Below, one piece after another: positions 1 through 12,929 of a stretch of DNA of 64,000 nucleotides. This DNA is from Eledone cirrhosa (taxonomy: Eukaryota): NCBI GenBank assembly GCA_964016885.1, contig OZ024757.1:22072001-22136000 (forward strand), given 5' to 3'. A model generated the notes under the pieces. The model was given only the letters and a program-made list of their open reading frames with translations. It did not search any database and was not told the origin of the DNA. The first letter of the stretch is position 1; each line of letters starts with the position of its first letter. Both the position numbers and the translations under genes were made by a program.

Positions 1-528
1 CTGACATAATAGGGGTGTATATGGAAGTATAGAGGATGGTGTTTATAACTGACATAATAGGGGTGTATATGGGAGTATAGAGGAGGGTGTTTATAACTGA
101 CATAATAGGGGTGTATATGGAAGTATAGAGGAGGGTGTTTATAACTGACATAATAGGGGTGTATATGGAAGTATAGAGGAGGGTGTTTATAACTGACATA
201 ATAGGGGTGTATATGGAAGTATAGAGGAGGGTGTTTATAACTGACATAATAGGGGTGTATATGGAAGTATAGAGGAGGGTGTTTATAACTGACATAATAG
301 GGGTGTATATGGAAGTATAGAGGAGGGTGTTTATAACTGACATAATAGGGGTGTATATGGGAGTATAGAGGAGGGTGTTTATAACTGACATAATAGGGGT
401 GTATATGGGAGTATAGAGGATGGTGTTTATAACTGACATAATAGGGGTGTATATGGGAGTATAGAGGATGGTGTTTATAACTGACATAATAGGGGTGTAT
501 AAGGAAGTATAGAGGATGGTGTTTATAA
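1..528. repeat. 48-bp tandem minisatellite, about 11 near-identical copies (runs off window start)
   Basis: Unit CTGACATAATAGGGGTGTATATGGAAGTATAGAGGAGGGTGTTTATAA recurs at 1, 49, 97 ... 481. Confidence 0.97.
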
Positions 529-645
529 GGCTCTCTGAATTAGGTACAAGGCCAGCAATTTTGGAGGAGAGCAAAGTCAGTTAAATCGGCCTTCAGTGCA
601 TCACTGGTATTTCATTTTATAAACCACATAAGGATAAAAGGCACC
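529..645 (-). mobile_element. Degenerate 3' fragment of SINE family B
   Basis: ACAAGGCCAGCAATTT...CAGTGCATCACTGGTA...AAGGATAAAAGGCA matches fuller copies such as 9095-9316. Confidence 0.75.
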
Positions 646-1394
646 ATCACGACCACTACCACCACAACCATCCATCCACCACCATCCACCACCACTGCCA
701 CCGCCACAACCATTCATCCACCACCCCCACCGCCACAGCCATCCATCCACCACCACCACCACCACCACAACCATCCATCCACCACGATCCATCCACCACA
801 ACCATCCACCGCCACCACCACCACCACCCATCCATCCACCACCGCCACAACCATCCACCACCACCGCCACAACCATCCCCCACCACTACCACCACCATCA
901 TCCACCACCACCACCATCATCCACCACCACCACCCACCACCACCACCATCATCCACCACCCATCACCACCACCACTACTACCACCACAACCATCCACCAC
1001 CACCACCACCATCCACCACCACTACTACCACCACAACCATCCACCACCACCACCACTACCACCACCACCATCCACCAGCACCACCACCACCACCATCCAC
1101 CACCACTACTACCACCACAACCATCCATCCACCACCACCACCACAAGCACCACCATCTACCACCACCACCACCACCACCACCACCACGACCATCCATCCA
1201 CCACCACCACCACCACAACCATCCACCACCACCACCACCCACCAACACAACTATCCACCCACCACCACCACATCCTCCTCCACCACCCACCACCATCCAT
1301 CACCACCACCACCACCACCACCACCACCACCACCACCACCATCCACCACCAGCACCACCACCACCATCCACCACCAGCACCACCACCACCACAC
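646..1394. repeat. (CCA)n/(CCAT)n low-complexity tract
   Basis: Direct reading; source of spurious poly-G/V/W ORFs. Confidence 0.95.
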
Positions 1395-2575
1395 CTTCTC
1401 CTCCAGAAGTCAAAATATCATCAATAATTCTAGAGAAATTGTCAAGAATTCAATTGAATTCAGTTTTGGATGTAGAAACATATTAAATTAAATTACATTA
1501 CTTTGACTTCTGTCTTTTTAGTTGTGAAGAATTGCAGGGAACTGGGACAGAAGGGAACATTTAGGTAAGGTTCGGGGTGCAGGCAGTGTGGGGGGGGGGC
1601 TGTAGGGAGAGTGTGGGAGTGTGTAGGGTGTGTGTGGGGGTGTAGGGAGTGTGTGGGGGTGCAGGGAGCGTGTGGGGGTGTAGGGAATTAGTGGGGGTGC
1701 AGGGAGTGTGTGGGGGTGTAGGGAGAATGTGGGTGTGTAGGGTATGTGTGGGGGTGCAGGGAGTGTGTGGGATGCAGGGAGTGTGTGGGGGTGTAGGGAA
1801 TTAGTGGGGGTGCAGGGAGTGGGTGGGGGTGTAGGGAGTGTGTGGCGGTGTAGGGAGTGTTGGTGGTGTAAGGAGTGTGTGGGTGTGTCAAGAGTGTGTG
1901 TGGGTGGGTGTAGGAGTGTGTGATGTGCAGGGGTGCAGGGAGTGTGTGTGGGTGTGTAGGGAGTGTGTGGCGGTGTAGGGAGTGTTGGTGGTGTAAGGAG
2001 TGTGTGGGTGTGTCAGGAGTGTGTGTGGGTGGGTGTAGGAGTGTGTGATGTGCAGGGGTGCAGGGAGTGTGTGTGGGTGTGTAGGGAGTGTGTGTGGGTG
2101 TGTAAGGAGCGTGTGGGTGTGTAGGGAGTGTGTGGGGGCTGCAGGATGTGAGTGGACGGGCTGGAGGTTAGCAAAGTCTGTTTATAAATTTGTGAAGAAT
2201 TGCAGGGAGCTGGAACAGAACTAAGAAACATTTAGGTAAGGTTGGGGGTGTGGAGAGAGTGGGGTAATCTGGTTGCAGAGGAAGGGGAGGGGCTGGAGCT
2301 TAGTGAAGTGTGTGTGTATGTGTATATATATGGGGTATATATGAGGTATATATGGGGTATATATGAGGTATAATGGATGTTGAATGATGGGAGAGAATAG
2401 AGAAACAACACCGAAGAATAAACAACAAAACACAACAGAGAGCACAGACTAACGCGCGCGCGCGCGCGCACACACACACACACACACAGATGCAGTCATA
2501 TGCACAAATACACACACATACAGATACAAGAGAACATGTGAAATTGCATGCAGGTGTGTGTATATATATATATAT

Positions 2576-2728
2576 AAGAACAAAAGATGGTTAAAAGAGT
2601 TCCATGTATTTTATTATGCGCATTTCAAAAACAAATATCATCATGCAATAATATTTGTGTTTTCATCAGATAAAACAGGAAGACATGATATGAAGGTTAA
2701 AAAACACTTGTGGATAGTGCAGTTTTAA
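2576..2728 (-). mobile_element. Penelope-like pLTR fragment carrying a hammerhead ribozyme (second copy at 44626-44778)
   Basis: Starts at a (TA)n tract; about 150 bp nearly identical to 44626-44778; same terminus as fold-back at 39289. Confidence 0.7.
2608..2676 (-). ncRNA. Minimal type I hammerhead ribozyme
   Basis: Minus strand: GTTTTAT-CTGATGA-AAACACAAATAT..ATATTTGTTTTT-GAAA-T-GCGC-ATA^ATAAAAT; stems I and II pair, short stem III with palindromic GCGC loop. Confidence 0.8.
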
Positions 2729-2765
2729 TTGATTATGTAAACCATTTGTGTGAGTGTGTTTGTGA

Positions 2766-3715
2766 GCATGTATACATGCAGATTGTGCATGTGTACATGA
2801 TTTTATGCATGTATACATGCAGATTGTGCATATGTACATCATTTTGTGCATGTATACATGCATATTGTGCATGTATACATACATATTGTGCATGTATACA
2901 TCATTTTGCGCATGTATACATGCTCATTGTGCATGTGTACATCATTTTGTGCATATATACATGCAAATTGTGCATGTGTACATCATTTTGTGCATGTATA
3001 CATGCAGATTGTGCATGTGTACATGATTTTATGCATGTATACATGCAGATTGTGCATATGTACATCATTTTGTGCATGTATACATGCATATTGTGCATGT
3101 ATACATCATTTTGCGCATGTATACATGCTCATTGTGCATGTGTACATCATTTTGTGCATGTATACATGCAAATTGTGCATGTGCACACCATTTTGTGCAT
3201 GTATAAATGCACATTGTGCATGTTTACATCATTTTGTGCATGTATACATGCATATTGTGCAGGTTTACATCATTTTGTGCATGTATACATGCAGATTGTG
3301 CATGTGTACATCATTTTGCGCATGTATACATGCTCATTGTGCATGTTTACATCATTTTGTGCATGTATACATGCAGATTGTGCACGTTTACATCATTTTG
3401 TGCATGTATACATGCAGATTGTGCATGTTTACATCATTTTGTGCATGTATTCATGCTCATTGTGCACGTGTACATCATTTTGTGCATGTATACATGCACA
3501 TTGTGCACATGTACATCATTTTGTGCATGTGTACATCATTTTATGCATGTATACATGTAGCTTGTGCATGTTTACATCATTGTGTGCATGTATTCATGCA
3601 GATTGTGCACATGTACATCATTTTGTGCATGTATACATGCAGATTGTGCATGCGTACATCATGTTATTCATGTGTACATCATGTTATGCATGTGTACATG
3701 CATTTTATGCATGTT
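2766..3715. repeat. 41-bp (21+20) palindrome-rich satellite
   Basis: GCATGTATACATGCAGATTGT+GCATGTGTACATCATTTTGT, period 41 (2766, 2807...); explains the 290-338 aa pseudo-ORFs. Confidence 0.93.
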
Positions 3716-3829
3716 TAAGTGCATAGTTGAAGGAGATGGTGTTGAGGTGAAAAAGATATCATTTCTGAAGTGTGGCTGGAGAGAGAGAGTGGAGTGGATT
3801 TTAAAAAAAATATTAAAAATAGGGCAATA

Positions 3830-5390
3830 TACACATATATACAGATGCATACACACATATACACACATACATACACACACATATATACACACATACACAC
3901 CTATACATACATACACACCTATATATATACATATATTTACACATATAATGTTTTGATGTTGTAGACGCTCTTGTGTTCTTTATCATATATACACACATAT
4001 ATATATATAACATATACACACCTATACATACATACACACCTATACATACATACACACCTATATATACATATATATACACATATAATGTTTTGATGTTGTA
4101 GACGCTCTTGTGTTCTTTATCATATATATACACATATATATATATATAACATATACACACCTATACATACATACACACCTATACATACATACACACCTAT
4201 ATATACATATATATACACATATAATGTTTTGATGTTGTAGACGCTCTTGTGTTCTTTATCATATATATACACATATATATATATATATATATATATAACA
4301 CATACACACCTATACACACATACACATATATATATACATATAGACACATACACCTATAGACACATACACACCTATACACACATACACACCTATACACATA
4401 CACATATATATATACATATAGACACAAACACCTATACACACACATATATATATACATATAGACACATACACACCTATACATAAATACACATATATATATA
4501 TATACATATACACACATACACACCTATACACACACATATATAGACATATAGACACATACACATATATATACATATACGCACATACACACCCATACACATA
4601 TATATACATACATATAGGCACATACACACCTATACACACATATATACATAGACACATACACATATATATATACATACACACACACACCTATACACATATA
4701 TATATACACACATACACATATATATACATACACACCCATACACATATATATACATACATATAGACACATACACTTATACACACATACACACATATATACA
4801 TAGACACATACACATATATATATACATACACAACACACACACCTATACACATATACACATATATATATATATATACAAACATACACATATATATACATAT
4901 ACACACATACACACCCATACACATATATATACATACATATATACAGGGAGATGCACAAAAACATTTGTAAATTGTGTTTTTGAGAATTTGTGTGTGTGTG
5001 TGCATGTTTACTTGAGTGAATGTACATACATGTGTGTATGTGTGTGTGTATATATATATATATTTGCACAATTATGTGTGTATGTCTGTACATATATGTG
5101 GGTGTGTGTGTGTATGTATATATTTGCACAAGTGTATGTGTGTGTGTGTCTGTAGATATATGCGGGTATGTATGTGTTTGTGTATGTATATATTTGCACA
5201 AGTATATGTGTGTATGTCTGTACATATGTGTGTACGTATGTGTGTGTATATGTATGTGTATGTCTATGTATGTATATATATATATATATTTGTACAAGTA
5301 TATGTGTGTATTTCTGTACATACATGTGTGTATGTATATGTGTGTAATTCTGTACATATATGTGGGTATGTATGTGTATGTATATGTGTG
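3830..5390. repeat. Compound (TA)/(CA)/(TG) microsatellite region containing three copies of a ~140-bp unit
   Basis: ATAATGTTTTGATGTTGTAGACGCTCTTGTGTTCTTTATC at about 3945, 4082 and 4221. Confidence 0.9.
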
Positions 5391-5421
5391 CCTATGATGG
5401 AAACCATAAGTTGTTCTAAAG

Positions 5422-5802
5422 TACACAAAGTCGGCTGAAAAGTTCATAGGCTAACTATGACGGAGTGATGTTAGAGCTGTGCTATCTTGCATGCATTAAT
5501 TTCAACTCTTAAGGATGAAAGGCTCGGCGGGATATGAACTCAGATAGTTACGTCCCTTTACGATCTGAGTTCATATCCCGCCGAGGTTGACTTTGCCTTT
5601 CATCCTTACGGGGTCGATAAAATAAAGTACCAGTAATGCACTGGTAATTTCTGGCCTTGTGCCTAAAGTAGAAACAATTAATTTCAACTCTTAATAACTC
5701 CATTGTTTCTTTCCAGGGACTATGTTGAAAAATAAACCTCATTTGGACATTCCATGAGAGTATCTTTGTCAGCCTATGAACTTTTCAGCCCACTCTCAAA
5801 TA
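5422..5802. mobile_element. Tc1/mariner-type MITE interrupted by a SINE
   Basis: Perfect 20-bp inverted repeat GGCTGAAAAGTTCATAGGCT (5433-5452) / AGCCTATGAACTTTTCAGCC (5771-5790); homologous uninterrupted left part at 57737-57901. Confidence 0.8.
5513..5676 (+). mobile_element. SINE family B copy with 18-bp target-site duplication and inverted 5' piece
   Basis: ATTAATTTCAACTCTTAA at 5495-5512 and 5677-5694 flanks the insert. Confidence 0.85.
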
Positions 5803-6092
5803 CATAAGATAATTAAAAATGTTTCAATTATGAAAATCGCATAATTTTTTTGTTTTTGAGGATTTCCACAAGTGTTATCCTAAATGTAAACCCCCCCCCC
5901 AAAAATAAACAATGATATACAAAAATATAAAAAAGAATAAGAGAGTTAGAAAACCTCATTAAAAATGTTGGAGGGTGGGGGTGTGGGGGTCTAATTTTTA
6001 TTTATTAATTATTTATTTTAAATCAATTATTTATTTTGTTAATTTTTCTGAAGATAGTTTTAAATGAGCAATTAAATTGCTGAAAACCTTCT

Positions 6093-6440
6093 GTTGAGTG
6101 TGATAGTAGCACTTGAAATGAAGAGTTGAGTGTGATAGTAACACTTGAAATGAAGAGTTGAGTGTGATAGTAACACTTGAAATGAAGAGTCGAGTGTGGT
6201 AGTAACACTTGAAATGATGAGTTAAGTGTGATAGTAGCACTTGAAATGAAGAGTTGAGTGTGGCAGTAGCATTTGAAATGTGGAGTTGAGTGTGATGGTA
6301 GCACTTGAAATGAAGAGTTGAGTGTGGCAGTAGCATTTGAAATGAGGAGTTGAGTGTGATGGTAGCACTTGAAATGAAGAGTTGAGTGTGGCAGTAGCAT
6401 TTGAAATGAAGAGTTGAGTGTGATGGTAGCACTTGAAGTG
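6093..6440. repeat. 32-bp minisatellite, about 11 copies
   Basis: GTTGAGTGTGATAGTAGCACTTGAAATGAAGA, period 32. Confidence 0.95.
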
Positions 6441-7080
6441 ATGATCTAAAAAGGTTGTTAGAGTCCTCAAGTTTAACAAGTTAGTAAGTATTAATGTTAT
6501 AATGATGCAACAGGTAAGGTGATGGTTTAGAGGAGTTATCATCATCATCATCACCATCATCATTCAATGTCCGCGTTTCCATGCTAGCATGAGTCAGATG
6601 AGTTGTCCTGTTGTGAGAGAAGCCAGATCAGATGACCACCTCTTGCTCATACAGAACAGTTTCTGGCTTGTTTTTACGACTGGATGCCCTTCCTAGCAAC
6701 CTTATTTACAGTGTGATCCGGGTGTTTATATTTGTACCACCAAAACAACCACTATACGGTGTGGACTGGGTGCTTTTTGTCATGTCACCAACACAACCAC
6801 TTTACAAAGGACATCAAATTAAAAGATTCTTTCTAACATTGGCACAAGGCTAGCAAATATTTTGTGGGGAAGTGGAAAGTCAATTATATCTTTATTTTAT
6901 ACTATTGACTCCCAGAAGGATGAAAAACAAAGTTGACCATGGCAGGATTTGATGACTGACTGACCGAAACCATTGTCCAGAGCACCACATACATTGTTGG
7001 TGTACCTTGCCATTTTTATTGTCATAACTTGCAACTAACTTTGAAGATGCAGGAGTGAATGTGATGTGATATATATATAT

Positions 7081-7461
7081 GGCTTAGTGGTTAGAGCATT
7101 GGCCTTGCAATCGAAAGGTTGTGAGTTCAATTCTCAGACCGGGTGATGTGTTATTTCCTTGAACAAGACACTTTATTTCACATTGCTCCAGTTTACTCAG
7201 CTGTAGAAATGAGATGATAGGGACTGGGGTCCCTATCATTCCACTGCAAAGTGGTCGTGGAGGTGCCATGGCAAAAAAAGCACCCAGCCCACACTGTAAA
7301 GTGGACATGTAGGCGCCACGGAAAAAAAAGCACCCAGCACTCACTGTAAATGAGGTTGGTGTTAGGAAGGGCATCCAGCTGTAGAAATCAAGCCAGAATA
7401 TCAGTTCCCGTCCCACCCTTGCAAGCAGGGAAAAGCGGACGTTAAATGATGATGATGATGA
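7081..7461 (+). mobile_element. SINE family A (tRNA-derived head, CORE-like centre, RTE-like tail ending in (GAT)n)
   Basis: A box GGCTTAGTGGTTAGAGC, B box GAGTTCAATTC, CCTTGAACAAGACACTT, GGAAGGGCATCCAGCTGTAGAAA, tail GGACGTTAAATGATGATG; many copies in window. Confidence 0.88.
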
Positions 7462-8033
7462 TATATATATGCTCTCTCTAACCAGCGTTCAGCTTCTTTT
7501 CTTGGACAAGTGCACATGTGCACAACAGACAAACATTGCATCACTGGAACTGTGAAGTACACAGTTCCATACAAGGATTTTTGTAATTGTTCATGAACGA
7601 GGGGTTGGCTACTGACATTAAGTTTAAGGATTATATAATGTACAAGTATAAAGAAAGAATTAAAGAAAAAGAGACTCATTGTATTGAATGTTATCGATAA
7701 TATTGAGTAAGAATATGGGGCACTGCAGTTCCACAGTGGCTATACACAAGTGGCCACTGGTGAGATCAGAAAAAACGTTGGAAAATGTTCTTGGAATATA
7801 CAAGGTGACCATAACTTTTAATATATTACAGTGAAGTAAGAAAAAGAAAAACAAACTCCATAAATATTATTTTCAATGAACATCTAACAAAACAGAAATG
7901 TCTAGTAATAATGATTTTCTTTATATCATATATCCTATATCTTATATACCATATCTTATATCTTATAGTAAACAGATATTGGCAAGACACGATTCATTGG
8001 AGCAAAATCTATCTTCTAAGAAACTTCCTGGTT

Positions 8034-8400
8034 ATCATCATCATCATCATCATCGTTTAATGTCCATTTTCCACGCTAGCATGGGTCTGGACGAGAGTTT
8101 TCCCACTTGAGGCAAGAGTGGTTGTCTTGCTCAGGACTGTCTGGCAGGTTTTCTACGGCTGGATGCCCTTCCTAACACCAACCACATTTACAGTGTGGAC
8201 TGGGAGGTTTTTACCATGTTACCTACACGGCCACATTACAGCATGGACTGTGTGGTTTATTGTCGTGACACCTACACGTCTGGCGGGTTCTCTACGGCTG
8301 GGTGCCCTTCCCAACACCAACCACGTTTACAGTGTGTACTGGGAGGTTTTTACCGTGTTACCTACACGGCCACATTACAGCGTGGACTGTGTGTTTTTTT
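8034..8400 (-). mobile_element. SINE-A-related element with two tandem 139-bp internal units
   Basis: GTCTGGC(A/G)GGTT at 8139 and 8278; (CAT)n tail at left. Confidence 0.8.
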
Positions 8401-8458
8401 ATATATATATATATTTTTTTGTTATATATATATATCTATATATATATATATATATATA

Positions 8459-8812
8459 TCATCATCACCATCTGTTCTTCCACGGTAGCATGGGTTATAT
8501 GGGTTGTCCTGTTGTGGGCAGTGTCCGGTTGGCAGACCTTGTCTTGCTCATACGGGAACTGATTCTGGCTTGAGTTCTACAGCTGGATGCCCTTCCTAAC
8601 ACCAACCTCATTTACAGTGAGTGCTGGGTGCTTTTTTCTGTGGTGTCTACACATCCACTTTACAGTGTGGGCTTTTTTGCCGTGGCACCTCCACGACCAC
8701 TTTGCAGTGGAATGATAGGGACCCCAGTCCCTACAGTTTCTACAGCTGAGTAAACTGGAGCAATGTGAAATAAAGTGTCTTGCTCAAGGAAACAACACAT
8801 CACCCGGTCTGA
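8459..8812 (-). mobile_element. SINE family A, 5'-truncated
   Basis: Reverse complement of the 7081-7461 body. Confidence 0.82.
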
Positions 8813-9094
8813 CAAACACAGAGAAATAAAAACAACAACAAAAAACAATTGGATGAAAGAGAGAAAAGAAGGCTGATGTATCAGATGTTAGTCCTTCATT
8901 GAGAGAGTACAATAGTTCAGAGATTAGAAAATAAAAAATAAAAAAGGCCAATCCAATGCCCTGATAATAATAATAATAATAATAATTGTATCTAATTTTG
9001 GCACAAGGTCAGCAATTACCTCAGTGTATTACTGGTGAGTTATTTTATCAACCATGATAAATGATGAAAGGCAAAGTTATAATAATAATAATAA

Positions 9095-9316
9095 TGGTTT
9101 CTGATTTAGGCACAAGGCCAGCAATTTAGTGGGAGAGGGGGGAGGGGAGTCGATTAAATCAATCCCAGTGCATTACTGGTACTTTATTTTATCGACCCCG
9201 TAAGGATGAAAGGCAAAGTTAACCTCGGCGGGATTTGAACTCAGACCATAAAGGGCCGTAACTTTTTGCTTGCAAAGCATCGCATCAGACCCTCTACCGA
9301 TACTGCCATTCCACCT
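9095..9316 (-). mobile_element. SINE family B, full length (tRNA-derived, (ATT)n tail)
   Basis: Minus strand: TGGCAGTATCGGTAGAG (A box), GAGTTCAAATCCC (B box), GCCTTTCATCCTTACGGGGTCGATAAAATAAAGTACCAG, TTGCTGGCCTTGTGCC. Confidence 0.88.
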
Positions 9317-9741
9317 AATAATAATAATTAAAACAAAAAAAAGACTATTTTTTTCAAGAAAGTTGATTCTACTTTGAAGCAATATTTGTAAACAGGAAAA
9401 TAGAAAAAAGTGAAGAAGCTAATATTTTAAGTCAGATCATGTTTTACAGTGGAATAGTTGCGACTATTGAAGAGAGAGAGAGAGAGAGAGGGGGGGGGGT
9501 GTTCAAGTCATGACTGGGGGTTATTGTTAATGTTGTTTTCTGCCTTCAAAATCCAACAATTCCTCTTCTGGTAGAACTCATTTCCTATTTTAATCATGGA
9601 ATTATTTGCCAAAAGTGTGAAGAAATGTTTCAGTGAAAATTTGAGAAGTGAGAAAAACAAACAAATTATATAAATAGATAAATAAATAAATAAATAAATA
9701 AATAAATGAAATAAATAAATAAAAATTAAAATTCAAAAATA

Positions 9742-9893
9742 ATTGTTTCTACGTTTGGCACAAGGCCAGCAATTATCCCAGTGTATTACTGGTACCTTAT
9801 TTTATCGACCCCGTAAGGATGAAAGGCAAAGTTAACCTCGGCGGGATTTGAACTCAGAATGGCAAGGGCATATATATGTCAAAGCATGGCGCC
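9742..9893 (-). mobile_element. SINE family B, truncated
   Basis: Same diagnostic motifs as 9095-9316. Confidence 0.82.
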
Positions 9894-10193
9894 TTTAAAA
9901 ATCAAAAATAATACAAACAAATTGAGAAAATAAATGATTGGAAATTAAAAGTAAATAAATAATAAAAACAATTGAAAACAAACAAACTAGGTAAATAAAA
10001 TAATAAATGAAAATTTAAAATATTTCAAAATCATAATTATAATCAATATCAATAATTTTATTTACTAAACAATAAAACAGCTTTGATCTAAACGATTGAC
10101 TTTTTGATTGATTTCAGAATAAAAGGGAGAGAAATAAAAAATAAAGGTAAAAAAGACAAAAATTTAGAAAAATAAAAAAAGGGGAATAAAAAG

Positions 10194-10320
10194 TTTCATA
10201 GAACTGGAGATGGTTTTAGGGGGTTGGAATGAAGGGGTTTCATAGAACTGGAGATGGTTTTAGGGGGTTGGAATGAAGGGGTTTCATAGAACTGGAGATG
10301 GTTTTAGGGGGTTTGAATGA
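10194..10320. repeat. 44-bp tandem repeat, 3 copies
   Basis: CATAGAACTGGAGATGGTTTTAGGGGGTT at 10197, 10241 and 10285. Confidence 0.92.
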
Positions 10321-10501
10321 AAAGGGTGAAATACTTCCTTCTTTATTTAGAGAAATATTTATATAAAGCAATAAGGAAATAAAAAATAAAAAGAAACAAA
10401 ATAAAATGAAAGAAAAAATTAAAGAAGGAAAGGGAGGGCAGAGAGGGCAGGGAGAAAGAGACATTACACCCCAGTCTGAGATATACCTACAATGACAGAT
10501 A

Positions 10502-11195
10502 CCAGGTAGAGGTGCTACTTCTCTGAATTGAGAGATCACAGTTCTTTTATTATGGACATGTGGTTAGAATGTCTGAGGAAAGAATCACTGGAGTCACTCC
10601 AGGTAGAGCTGCTACTTCTCTGAATTGAGAGATCACAGCTCTTATATTATGGACATGTGATTAGAATGTCTCAGGAAAGAATCACTGGAGTCACTCTAGG
10701 TAGAGCTGCTACTTCTCTGAATTGAGAGATCACAGCTTCGATACTATGGGCATGTGGTTAGAATGTCTCAGGAAAGAATCACTGGAGTCACTCCAGGTAG
10801 AGCCACCACTTCTCTGAATTGAGAGATCACAGCTCTTATATTATGGACATGTGGTTAGAATGTCTCAGGAAAGAATCACTGGAGTCACTCCAGGTAGAGC
10901 TGCTACTTCTCTGAATTGAGAGATCACAGCTCTTATATTATGGACATGTGGTTAGAATGTCTCAGGAAAGTATTGCTAGACAGATTTTATGGGAAAAAGC
11001 AACAAGTGGGAGACCCAGCTGAAGATCCCAAGCAAGATAGTGGGATAACATCCATCATGAGCTCAGCTTGTCTCACTTGTGGATCCAGCTGGATTAATTG
11101 GAGACAGTTGCTTCTGACAGGACCCACTGGGTGGAGTGTTTGAGGACTCTGCTTCCATGACCCTCACAGGAAGAAGTGGAAGAAGTGAAAGAAGA
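10502..11195 (+). mobile_element. RTE-type LINE 3' end with a 97-bp segment amplified five times
   Basis: Unit starts 10502, 10599, 10696, 10793, 10890; single-copy homologue inside the RTE at 41285-41560; GAAGAA-type tail. Confidence 0.85.
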
Positions 11196-12465
11196 CTTTT
11201 CTTGGATCCTTCATTGTGGAGAGGGACAAGGAAACGGGCTGGGGTGAGAGTGAGAAAAGCAGGGTGTGTGTGTAAGACAGACGGGGAGGGCCAGTGTTTG
11301 TAGGTGTGTATTTGTTATGTGAGTCAGTGTGTGTGAGAGAAGGTACGGAGAAAGAAATGAGTTGAGGTAGGAGTGAGAAAATTAGGGTAAGTATGAGTGA
11401 GATAGACAAGTTGGTGTGTGTGGGTTGGTGTGTGTATTGGTGTGTGTGTTGGTGTGTGTGTTGGTGTGGATTGGTGTGTGTGTTGGTGTGTGTGTTGGTG
11501 TGTTTGTAGGTGTGTGTGTGTTGGTGTGTATGTTTTATGAGGCAGTGTGTGTGTGTGTGTGTTGGTGTGTATATTTTTTATGAGTCAGTGTGTGTTGGTG
11601 TGTGTGTGTGTATAAAGGTGTGTGTGTATAAAGGTGTGTAAGAGGTAAGAGATGGTACATTAGATGTTCAAGTGATTGGTTTTTCCAGGCTCAATATGAC
11701 AAATTTCAGAATCAAAAACAAACACAGTGAAAACAACAACAACAAACACAGTGAAAACAACAACAACAGCAACAACAACAACAGCAACAACAACAAGCCA
11801 CTGCTAAGGAATGCAATTTCCAACCTATATCTCCTGTTTAGTTGATGTTGATTGAAAAGTATAAGAGTTAATAACTCCATCACCTCCAGCTATAGAGTTA
11901 TACTTTATACTCCTTAGACAGGACAAGAAGGTGGAGGGTGTGTGGGGGAGAGGGTGTGGTGAGAGGGAGAGAGGGTGTGAGAGGAGGCAGAGGAGAGAGA
12001 GTGTGGAGGAAGGGAAGGGAAGGGAGAGAGAGAGGGTGAGAGGAAGGGGAGGAAGAGAGAGAGAGGGGGTGAGAGGGGGGGGGGGCAGAATAGAGGGAGA
12101 GAGAGAGGGAGTAAGAGGGGGAGCAGAAGAGAGGAAGAGAGATGAGGAGAGAGAAGGGGAAGCAGAAGGAAGTGTTTGTATATCTGCAGGAGAGAAGGCG
12201 TGATTGTCAGAGAGAGAGAGAGAGATAGATAGATAGAGAGAGTGAGAGATAGATAGAGAAAAAGAGAGAGAGAGAAAGAGAGAGATGATGATGAGGTGTA
12301 TGTAACTCAGAAATAGTCAGTGATGGAGTTGTTCTGTTGGACAATGGAAGGGAAGAACAGTTAAACTATTCAGTCACAATTAGACATGTTTATTGTTTTT
12401 TATATAATGTTAATGATAAACAATAAATGTTATCTACCTATCTATCTATCTATCTATCTATCTAT

Positions 12466-12783
12466 CAGCAAGTTTTATGAAAGGTGGGTGAAAGTGGCGA
12501 GAATGGCCCCAGTGAATGGACCTTCTCTCTATATCAGCCTGTAGGTTGAGGAAAAGGAGGAGGAGAGGAAAGGAGTACAAACTCTTCGTACTCCTGGAGA
12601 TGAGGGTTGCACATTTTTTCGGGGGTATGTGTTACCCATATGAACTGTCTCCCCCTATTGGGGAAAATCGACTAATTTTTAAATTGCATTTGTGATAACA
12701 TTTTACACGTTTTTATTGTATGTAAACTTCCCCCTTTGTATTTGTCCCCTTCTTTTGTGCCCCTGTGGCTAATAAAGAAACAT
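12466..12783 (+). mobile_element. Probable L1/Tx1-like LINE 3' end inserted in (TATC)n
   Basis: Short frame SKFYERWVKVARMAPVNGPSLYISL*, 3' UTR with AATAAA, (TATC)n on both sides; clade assignment from memory only. Confidence 0.5.
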
Positions 12784-12886
12784 ATCTATCTATCTAGAGT
12801 TGTCGTCCAAAGAAAGACTGTCAGTGTTATGCAATAATTGATGATCTCACTCTTGTGGAATGTGGTATTTTAAATAATGATTTTTG

Positions 12887-12924
<38 letters not shown>

Positions 12925-12929
<5 letters not shown>

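Noticed and set aside
2710-3726. 338-aa Cys/His-rich ORF resembling a metal-binding protein
   Set aside because: The 41-bp period is not a multiple of 3 and the same peptide cycles through all frames, so it is a satellite
7081-7150. tRNA gene
   Set aside because: A and B boxes are present but run into SINE body; no acceptor stem or oligo-T terminator
7084-7416. Recurrent ORF MPFLTPTSFTVSAGCFF...LEQCEIKCLAQG in several places
   Set aside because: Antisense translation of SINE family A, not a gene family
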